The notes beneath the pieces are model-generated. The model ran no database searches and was not told the origin of the DNA. It saw nothing but the letters and a program-made list of their open reading frames with translations. Below, one piece after another: positions 53,448-64,000 of a DNA stretch of 64,000 bases (position 1 is its first letter; every line of letters starts with the position of its first letter). The stretch spans positions 45,285,506 to 45,349,505 of the forward strand of contig JARFYF010000001.1 in assembly GCA_030265395.1 (NCBI GenBank), given 5' to 3'. The position numbers were made by a program, and so were the translations under genes. The DNA comes from Rhina ancylostomus (Eukaryota).

Positions 53448-53993
53448 GTAGGTGCAGTGGTAACCCAGGGTTAGAATATAGGGCCAACACATTTTGTCTC
53501 ACAGATTTTATGTGAAATTTTATAAGCAGACGCAGGATTTTATATACCCTATAAGATCTGCTTTAAAGCTGTAAAGGTTGTTTACGATGGGAAATCAGTT
53601 TAGGTGGGCTTATTGAATATGCAAAATCATGAATACTCGATTTTTAAGTTTCTGCAATCATTTCTGTATTATATTGTTATTTTCCAGGAGTTATTTCTGT
53701 TCTACTCTTTGCGAATCCTTTTGTTTATACAAACAAGACAAAACGTAATTCTGGATTCGTTTCTGCTACTTTACTTTCGATATTAATATAGCTGTACAAG
53801 AAATTAATTAAAACGCGATTAAATATATTCATTAAATATCTCTATGAAGACTCATTAGTGGCAGCGGGGTGTAACCGAAAAGCACCGCTTTGTTTTGCAC
53901 CATTTCACAATGAGTTTAACTTGGTACAAGAAAATAAAGATCGCGTCTATTGATGTAAGATCATTTGTAACATTTTTAACACTTTCCCATCAG

Positions 53994-54226
53994 CTGCTCT
54001 GCGATCCAGAAAGAAAAGATGTCCTTATACCAAATATCAAATCCGGGAACTAGAGCGAGAATTTTTCTTCAATGTCTACATAAACAAAGAAAAACGCTTG
54101 CAATTGTCGAGAATGTTAAACCTCACCGACCGACAAGTCAAAATATGGTTCCAGAATCGGAGAATGAAAGAAAAGAAACTTAGCAGAGACCGCCTGCACT
54201 TTTTTACTGGTAATCCTTTATTATGA
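53994..54226 (+). CDS. hoxd11: Homeobox D11, exon 2 (absent from the supplied ORF track)
   Basis: [74 protein letters not shown]. Confidence 0.96.
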
Positions 54227-55874
54227 CTATGATACAGTTTACTCTGATGGATTCCCTTTGCCGACTCTTCATTGCCTTAGTCAATATTTATTTACACAAG
54301 GAGGGACTGCAAGTTTGATGGAACAGTTTTGCTGTTCTTATGTGGAAACCAGGTTAAACGATTGACATAGAATTGGATTTGAGGTGACGCGGTCGTGCAG
54401 ATAACATGGGCGTCATACTAATTAGGGAACATTTTTTACCTCAGCATTGATGTTATTCCGTTCCAAAGGAAGAAGCTTGATTCTGCGGGATATTCAGGGA
54501 AAATAAGCAGTATTTCATTTTAAACAATAAACGGAGGTAATGGAGGGCTAAAATAGTATATTGTTAGTTCACAGCGATGGGTCAATCAGAAAAGATAATA
54601 TGCTCTATTTCTTCTTTTAGTCAATGTATAGCCAAACTAACCAGAATTGTTAAAGTTGTGCATTCTGGTGAAAGAAAAACTCATATTTATTACTTTATCT
54701 TTCTACTCTATATCATGGGTTAATTATAATATACTGTAGTTAGGGACGTTTAAAGGAGATGTGATGTTAATAATAATGTTTCCGGTTTACACACTAGTTG
54801 ACATTTCATGTTAAACGCATGCGATAGGATGTCTTTCCTTTTCAAAATGAACAAAGAATGTTACTCGAAATCTTTCAAATAAAATCTTTTTTAAATAAAT
54901 GACCATTTGCATTTTTATAGGAAAATCCGACGCAAATGGTTCCCAAGTACACCTTCAAACTGCACCATTATTACGAAGGTCTGGAATACACCGAAAAGCA
55001 AACGTTATAGCTTATTACATTAGTGGTAAAATAGTGGAAATCTGAAATATAATTCATGTTCCCTAATCTCTTGACTATTTTCAGCATATATATGGTTCTT
55101 AACTTTCACGTCTCCGCGAGCAGCCATTTACGATACAGCCTTGATACTAAAGTGGAAATATAAACCACCCAATTAAACATTTCCGTTATAAATGAAAAGC
55201 TTTATGTTAAACTAAAGTTTTGCTTATAGGCATAATACGCTGTTGTATTTTGGTTTTAAAACATTTGAAGTAATATTATTTCCAGTTAGCACCTGGAAAT
55301 TAATTGATGAATCTATTTCCATTACTTGTGAAAAAAGATAAGTAGCAGCGTAGTGCAAAATTAGCTGAATTCCAGCAGAAGGGAAGCATTTAAACGCACA
55401 CATGAGATTGGACAACTTGAAGCTCACCTCGGAGGTTTAGAAGAGCAAGTAAAGCTTCACAAAACTCTTCGAAAAAGAATTGCCAAATTTCTGTGCCGCA
55501 TGACATAGCATTGTTGTTTACAAAACCTTGAACTGTCTAGACAACATCGTAAAGTTCACTGCTCGAAACAGCTTAATGGCGACTTATTGCACCTTCAAGT
55601 CACTAAGATGGGCTTCCGCATTCTGTACCAAACAAAAGGATCGAGGGAAATCAAAGTAAATAGAACCCACTAGATGATTTTAAAAAGGAAGAAAGCACAA
55701 AGACAGTTACTTTTAAAAATATAACATTTGAAAAAGTCAAAAAAATCTGGACCGTGCATAAATTACGTCAAACTAATCTGTTAAACTTAATGAAGTCCAG
55801 GGTGATGCTCAGAAAGTGGTGTCGTCTCGTGAGCATACTAAAGCATATTTCGTGAAGAGGATGCTTATAATGTT

Positions 55875-55945
55875 GTCTTTGAACTTCTATAATGTCAAGG
55901 TCATCACCTTTAACCTTTTTGAAGACATAGGCGCCTGGTGGCTGT
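55875..55945. promoter_or_regulatory. Candidate enhancer 3' of hoxd11 with nuclear-receptor half sites
   Basis: TGAACT...TGTCAAGGTCATCACCTTTAACCT. The location is consistent with mouse regions VIII/IX; identity is not verified. Confidence 0.45.
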
Positions 55946-58900
55946 TGGGTTGTTCTTACAGCTTCCCCACCAAAGTTAAACAGAAACTCCAGCATTTATA
56001 ACATTCTACTGAAGTGCGCATGCAGAAGAACTCAACTAGTAAAATGCGAATCAATACTCTATTATTGCTGAGCGTTTGTGTATTCCAAAGATTACATTCA
56101 ACAATAGTCTTCAAAGTTAGCGTACAACATAAATATGAATATCCTTTTGTTCTTCGTTGAGTTTAAACACAGTATAGTTTATTTGCATGCGAGCTGAACT
56201 AGTCAAGTTATTCATCGTACGCCTGTACACTACACCAATCATCCGCGAGGGTCTTGGTTTCCATGGAAATGGGAGAAAATGTAATTTACGACTCAGTGGG
56301 TGAAATTTTCAACGTAAATCTGACCCTTCGACATTTTCTCTATCCTTATAACGCATAATGTTGGTCTATGCATACTATTACTCCTTACATATCTTACTTC
56401 AATAAGTCATTACACACATAATATAATTAGATTAAGCTAAACTAAAAACACGACAGAACAGCGAGCATAATTTACAGTGATACTCTTAACATCGCCAAAG
56501 ATAGTTGCTTTTATAAAGAGCCACACGGAGGCGCACTATAGCTCACGACCAAGACCGGACTGAAAGTCGGGGTCTGTGGCAATGGCTTTCGGGGATGAAC
56601 ATGAAATTAACTGAAATAATGTTAGGCGTTACAAGCGGTAAAGCTCTCCTCGTTGCCGTCAGATAACTGGAACAGCAGGCCGAAGAAGATATTAGCTAAA
56701 TACACGGGAGTTCATCGCAATGGTAAACTGGGATTTGTTTCATTGGTTTGGTTTATTGCTCGCTTCGAAGAAAAAAAATCTTTACGTTCTCGTTGTAATG
56801 AATGCAAAATAATTTTTAGAAGTCTATTGGTATTATTCGGAGAGATATGTTAAATTTTACTCAGCTTATTTGTCAAACTCTTTGAGCAGATTTATCGGAT
56901 GCAGAAGTATGGAAGTTACATTCATGGGGCCGAAACAAAGGTTTTGTAACGTGCAGTGCAAAGCCCAAATCAGACTCGAAGAATTGTTCATCTAACAGCT
57001 TCATATAATAATTTTGAATGTGCAGAGGGAACGTAATGTCGTTCATTTGAAATTCCGAGTAAACCAATTCAACAAAACGTGGAAAATATCAAATCTAACA
57101 GATAAATGCTAAACAGTTATACTCACTTCCTGCTGATATGGCTGGCTGAGATAGCAGCACACAGTTTAAATGACTGCTTTCTAATTACTGCCTTTACAGG
57201 ATCCCTCCTTAGAGGTTCCCCGCAATCCAGATTGGTCTACAAAATTATAAAACGTAGTGATGAAGACCACCCAAATTTTCAGTATGTATATTCCACCTCG
57301 ATAATGAGACTATGTTTAACCACTATATTAGTTTCCTTGAAGCAACTTACATAGATTTTGCCTCCGTTTTCCTCCCCTTCGTTTGCAGTAGAGGAAATAT
57401 TGCACAAAACGTGCAACGAAAAGCTGCAGTCACCGCCTTTTGTCACTCACAATAGGAGACAAACGATATTTGTTATAGTGACTGAGATAATTCTGATAAT
57501 ATTCTATGAAAGGTTCAAATGGAATCAAATGCACAATCCGCTAGACATATTTAATGTGTGAAATTTTCATGTCTCTTTGAAAACGAGAATAGCGTTAGAT
57601 ATTTGTAATCTATATTCTATACAAGGAGATATTGTTTAATCACGCATTGCAAAGCAGAATTTTCCCACATTTGCAAAATATTTCTTAATAGGTAAAGCCT
57701 GATCAGAGCAAGTAGCCGTAATACCCTCTCTAACTCCGATAATATGTGTGTATTAATTGGGTAAATTTGCTTCTCACATCCAGTCTACGATAACAAGCCT
57801 AAAATCTTGGTCTGCTTCCTTTTCTCATGACAAAGCTGGTGAGTTCATGCTTAGCAGATATCTGCCCTTCGTGATCATACATTTTAGTCATATTTTGTTG
57901 GAAGATTTTTCAATTCTTCCATTCTAGTAAAATTTCACCTTTATATTAGTTTAAAATGACGAGAAAGTGTTCTGAAAGAGTTCTTTTATGCCTGTTCATT
58001 TCATAAGGTCATAAAAATTCTGAGCGCATTTTACTCAGATTAAACGCCGCCGAAAATGCATGGACATATATAATTTGAAACATTGGGAAGTTAATTATCT
58101 AGATGGAATATTTGCTTACTTATATCTGCCATAGTTAAGTGATAGCAAAAATCGTAACAGTTTATTTAATGTGACAAGGAATGAAGTGATTTAAGTATGA
58201 GGAGTTGTGTTGTTAGTAATTCGCAATTTGTAGTCAAGCATAATGAAAGCGGCAGCCGTGTACACTATAAATTGGCTTTCAGACACAATTTAACTGAAAA
58301 CATTCGATGAACAAAAATATTTCCGAAGTATCTACAGGTGGTAACATTAAAGGAAAGTTTGTTGAATGCAGCTGTGGTGGCACTGACGAAAGCTTAACAT
58401 GCATGTTAGCCGGATAAGAAGGAATGTTTTCATACAGTCCTTTCTCCATGTATGTGATGAACTATAAGCTGAAAGCCCAGGACTAAGCTGACAGCATGCT
58501 CATCATGTTAATGATCTTTAATTTTGAGATATAACTGTGGAAAACGTTCAAGGAATCAAGGTGAAAGTGAAGGATGCAAGTGGCTGGCGGCCTCTGGGTC
58601 ATAAGACCACACCAGTTTAGACTAATGGGGAAATCAAGACAATAGGGAGAATGCGCTAATTAACTCTTCCATGAAAACAAAACAATTTTATTTGAGTAAA
58701 TGCTTGCAATGATTTAAAATTGTTCGGCCGGCATTTTTAGAGAAATCGTCTTTGTAATGTTTTGTTAGGAAATTTGTTATTATAGGCGGTGCATTTCATT
58801 CAATGAGGGAGAATGGCTGTTATTTTGTAAGTCGCTTCAAATGTAATACTGTTGTCTTCCAGGTCGTGTTTAACTCTAATATCCATTTAGCTACCATTAT

Positions 58901-61900
58901 ATAAAATCCTTCCATCAAAACACATTCCACATTGGTGCTTTAAAGTATTATGAGGTTTTAATTAAGCTCCATCATTAGAACTAATTTAAGGAGGATTGTA
59001 CGTAACATTTCTCTCATAAACAGCTTATAACTACGTTATTAAACGTGAAAGTATCGTTCGGAGACTAATCAGTCACCCCACTATCTAGACTCTACAAATG
59101 CAAGAATTCCTTTGCTAAAATTTGGTTTCCCGTCGGGTGAATATACCCAAATGATAACCGTAGTTTGATACTATAATAATCTTCCTTGCCTACTAGGACA
59201 CTTCATATTTCAAAGAATACATAGCCGTTAATTCCAGGGCGTCTGTAGTCATTATATTTTATGAGATTTTTAAAAATCATGCAAGGGATTTTAGGATACA
59301 GGTTTACAGACACAATTTTATTTGAGTTCATTGAAATTAACAGTTGTATATCAATCAGAAGTTCTTGATAAAACGAAGTTAATTTGTTTAGTTGGCATGC
59401 AAACTTTGGTCATTGCTGCAATGGGATTTAAAGTTTGATCACACAATAGTCCGCTATTATTAGTTTTACTAAACATATTGAAATAATTAGTTTGGAAATA
59501 AGTAGCAACTATACACAGAAAATTGCTTTGTAAATTTAACAAGTTTCCTACATAGTAATTTAAAACTGAAATATATCCACAGACATGTACTAATATATTA
59601 TTGCGCCTTCCCACATAATACTGCGGTCTATAACATTGCTTCATTTTAAGAGTTGGAGCAAACGTGGCTGGTATTAATATAGGCCCGGCACGTCATTTAC
59701 TGAGCAGCGAATTGCCTTGTGTTGGATGGAAAAGAAAGACTTGGTGGCGAAAATACTTTTGAATTATGCGTGACCTACTTTAAGTCCAAGTCATCGCTTT
59801 CATAGAAGGCTGTATAATGCTGACATCGCAATTTGTGTATAAAAGCAGTTTTGTATTATGCCGACCACAAGACGTCTGTCCTTCAAGGCTACACGAAGAA
59901 TCTGTTGTCTGGAACTAGTGCAGCATTGGTTCCTTGCACAGGACTTCCAAAGATACTGCTGCTTGATTATATGGTTCTGAATACTTACAAAATCACCGCC
60001 AGCTTGATTTAATCACCCTGAATCCAAATATCGTCGTGAAAAAGAGACATTGGACAATGTAGAAGAAGCCACGCGCATTGTCGACATACCATTGCTTATG
60101 TGCGCAAGCAACTGGGATCTCCGAATGCATGTAACAGTTACTTAAGTATCATATTCTGAGTATAGTCATGCTTTCCACATGTGTTTACTGAATGGTATCC
60201 GTAACATTTAGTCAGCAATATTGATAGAGTCTGTTTCATTTTACTGACACATAAGCCACATTGATATTTAAATTGGGCAAACTGTTAAGGTTTGGGTTCC
60301 TTGCGAGTTGATGTCGGAGGAAACAGTAAAGAGTAAATCGTATCGATCTATTTTCTCCTTGTATTTTACTTTTAATCCCCATGTTTGCGTCTAAAGTTCG
60401 TAAACGCTAAGTGAAGGAATATTTCAATTTGTACTGCTGTTTTGGCCCTTGCTTGGAAGACTAGTTTTACATGGGAGCATTAATAAGTCACACGAACATT
60501 ATCAATCCACCAATAATACCAGATGTACCCGGTCTCATCTGAGTGCATTACTTGCTCCTTTACATCACCAGGCTTTTAAAGACTTAATCAAATTATTTTG
60601 CGCGCATCTAAGAATAACCCAACATTCTTCAGGGTAATTTCCATGGTTTTTGGGTCTCCTTTGTCAAGACAAGTTTGGATGTTGCGAATAGTAAGCTATT
60701 TCGGAGAAATATGAGCACCCCGGGTTCCAGGTTATCGTGGTTCGCTGCAAAGACTCTGAATGAGTGAAACGTGCTGCATCGCATCGAGGCGCCGCGAACG
60801 AGGTTATGTTCTGACTTTGAATAGCTGTCAGAATAACCAACATTGAACTTAAAATGCCAAAGCGAAGCAGAGCTGATTAGTAAAAAAAAGTGGACAAAAG
60901 TCATATCGCAAATATTAATCTGTAAATTTACAACAGCAGATTATCCACTACAATTTGTATCCATTTGTGCGTGACATGCATGAGCCACGCGCACATATTT
61001 TATTGCCAATATTCGCGGTCATTATTTGTATAATTTTAAATGTTTCGCGCAAGACTAAACCTTGCAAAATTCTGAAGCAATTTCCTGGTGTTATAGCTAC
61101 ATTACAAAATAAAAGAAATGAGGCAGCAGTGACAAACTTGACCCTGACACTGGCGCCTTCTCACTTCTTTGTGTGAATTAGGAAATATCGTTAGTTTCAT
61201 GTGGATGCCACATTGCTCCTCCATAGCTGATGCCCACCGGACAGATTCTTCCAATAGTCAACCGTCAATGTGCGCTGTTATTTGGCAAATTGCCTTAGGA
61301 TACGCAAAGAGTTCAGAAAAGCTCTTGGTGGGGGTTGCAGTACAAATTGCAAGAGCACCCCTCAAACTGAATGCAATAAACATCGAGTGGTGGAAAGTAG
61401 AAGGCATTCTGAGAGCTTTTCTCTCACGATATTTTGCCTACGAGATGCGGAAACGTTTTCGTCTTATTCTGGAAAATGTTTCTACCGATTGTCATCGACG
61501 AAACTACCCACCTGCAACAGGGAGACGTGGTAAGAATCTAATCCTATGGGAGATTTTTTAGAATAAAGCAATAAACGCCCGGCGCCAATAATCTTCATTG
61601 AAGGCCAATCCCTGCCCCAACAAATTAATGAGAAGTATCACAAATGCGACGCTTCCTCCACAATAGTCTTAAATCTTAGATGTCCGTGTAAATTTTCGCA
61701 CCCAAGAACCGTACTTAAGAAGTGTGCATTGTCACCCCGAGGTATATTTGGATTTTTACCTAGCATAGATGTTTGTATAATAGAAATAATAGACGTCCAC
61801 CGTGGTGGGTTTATGAAGTAGACCCGAGCTCTGCTGTAGGCATTTTTTTCTCATGAAGATTTGGTTTACCTTGCAATGAAATATTGTTAGATATTTGCAG

Positions 61901-62587
61901 CTGTGACATGATCAGATGTTTTTCTGTAAGAGCACAAATCTACCGATGAAGACCAATAAGGATGGAAATGTTGATTCCATTCATTGACTTCCCAGCACAC
62001 TTTTTCAATATAAAAACACTGCATGGCCGGCCTGGTTCTACATTGAAGTAAAGTAGACCGCGCACAATGGACTCCCTTTCGATTTCCAAAACTACAAAAG
62101 GTACCAGAAGTCTGCTCTGCATTCGTTACATTGCAAGGAGGTTTACGATTCCCAGGAATCAGAAATTGCTGCAATTAATTTTTGGCGATCGACTTCTTTG
62201 TTGCTGTATTTTTGTTTAAATGCTGTTGCACTTCTAGTAAACAGAATAAAATTCGAGTGTTGGTTATTTTCCTGTTGATGGCAGGGATATTTCTTTGCAT
62301 TGAAGGATTTTAGTCGGGCTCTGTGCACAGATTACAATGAACAGGAGCGGGCGCCGCTTTGGAATTAGTTTTGTAGGTGTCGCTGTTGTCCACAGTTAAG
62401 ATCAAATTCAACTGCCTGTCGATCATGTGATGTTACGGGGAGGTAGTGCTTCAAGGCCACTTTCAAATTCCATTGGCTCAGTAGTCATGTGGCTGTACAG
62501 AGGCTTCCACAATTACATAGGGAATGTTTTGTTAGAGATGTCAGCTTACAAAGGACATCCTCTGCTTTCTTCAAATTGCTCTCCAAA

Positions 62588-63326
62588 ATGTCCTGTCCCA
62601 ATAGCTCTCCCGCTACTAACTCGTTTTTAGTAGATTCCCTGATTAGTGCTTGCAGGGGTGACAGCTTCTATTCAAACAGCTCCCTTTACATGCCATCGAG
62701 CACGGATATGGGAACTTACGGAATGCAGACCTGTGGACTGCTCCCGACTATGACTAAACGAGGAGAGATTACCCATCAAAATATGAGCATGAGCGTCCAT
62801 CCGTATTTATCTCAGGTAGACGGTTGGGCTGACCCTTCGAGACCATGCCGAATTGAGCAACCTGTTACTCCACAGATGCCCACGTGTTCTTTTCCTACTA
62901 GCATAAAGGAAGAAAGCACTTGCTGCATGTATAATTCTGATAAGCGAGCCAAACTCAATCCTGCCGCAGTTCCCACCTACCCCAGGCTGGTGTCTGAAAG
63001 CTGTTCAATTGAGAACCCTGAAATTCCCATCCCGGGATATTTCAGACTCTGCCAGGCGTACCCACTAGAGAAAAGTGTGGACTATAATCACGCTGGAGAG
63101 ATCAGTTCAAATGTAGTGCCGCACTCAAGCCCTGGGTGCATCAGTAAACTTCAGGTGCCCAACCAGTCTCCAGCGGAAACGAAAATAAACGAGAAGCCAA
63201 ACGCACAGGAATCCATTAAGGGAATATATGTGGAAAGTCCTGAGCCAAAGCCGAGTTTACTGGAGGCCAGTGCAACCGCTAAAGAAGGCGAGTCTGGCTC
63301 GGAACTGTCGGACAAAGAGGCTGAAG
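62588..63326 (+). CDS. hoxd10: Homeobox D10, exon 1 (homeobox exon beyond the window)
   Basis: [56 protein letters not shown]. Phase-1 G|GTGAG donor. Confidence 0.94.
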
Positions 63327-64000
63327 GTGAGCATTTGAAAGATTTAATGTGAACATGGCAGTAATTGTAAGGCTGATACAAAAACTTACATTGCCATTAT
63401 AATGCGGAACTTTATCATGGCAATATATTTGGAAGGTTGTGCATACTTTCGTTCAATTATTCTCTTTTAAGAAACGGCATATTGAATATGAAGAAGAGCT
63501 GTTGGAAATTTTGCTCAATAATGATCGGGCAATTGTGAATGACATAATAAAGACCAATAGAGACAGTAAAATGCCTACGGTATTATACGAACCTTTCTGT
63601 ACCAGAGACGACACTTATTAAGAACAAATATTCATATATTGATTCTACAGACGCAACTTAAATTGTACGCGTTTTATTAGGGAATGTAAATCACTTGCAA
63701 CATTTCTGACTTGGAAGGTTTGAACGGGAGTGTTGGCCTCTGTTAGAATTGTCAGGTGGTCCGAAATACTTTACATTAAATATATAGCATATTATTATAG
63801 CCTGTGGGAAAACGTTCCATTCAAATATTTCGAAATATTGTTAGCCATTTATAATCATAAGTTCGAATTGAGCCGGGTTCTAAGAGCCAGCGATGATACG
63901 GGTAATATGAAGATTCACCTCAGAATTACTGCCAGCATATTTGTATTGTCGGCATTATAGAATTACTAAATTTAGTTATGTGAAAAATGACCTATTGGTG

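Noticed and set aside
62489-62587. In-frame GTG-initiated 33-aa extension of HoxD10
   Set aside because: Non-AUG start within promoter/leader sequence and no recognisable peptide similarity.
28336-63326. Assignment to the HoxA or HoxC cluster
   Set aside because: Linkage to evx2 and lnpk, an intact PG12 gene and the D10-type N-terminus all indicate HoxD.
1-64000. CRISPR arrays, tRNA, rRNA and Hox microRNAs (miR-10, miR-196)
   Set aside because: None recognised. The DNA is eukaryotic, and the usual positions of these microRNAs lie beyond the right end of the window.

Overview
Vertebrate genomic DNA from a cartilaginous fish, probably an elasmobranch (inferred from repeat families and an intact Hox14). 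It covers the posterior end of the HoxD cluster: lnpk 5' exons (-), evx2 (-), then hoxd14, hoxd13, hoxd12, hoxd11 and hoxd10 exon 1 (all +). Exon phases join without frameshifts in all of the homeobox genes. The first ~15.4 kb is repeat-rich (Penelope-like, RTE and CR1 LINE fossils, SINEs), while the cluster is almost repeat-free. Main points of interest: an intact three-exon HoxD14; an orphan SLC37A1/A2-type exon between lnpk and evx2; minimal hammerhead-ribozyme motifs in Penelope-type repeats, one with an intact core; upstream ATGs at hoxd10 and hoxd13 that resemble paralogue N-termini; recurring TCAAGGTCA nuclear-receptor sites; CTCF-like sites; and a diverged ~310-bp local duplication. 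The assembly is a draft with several N gaps, two of them exactly 100 N. All homology calls come from recalled sequences, not database searches. I found no clearly new biological system.
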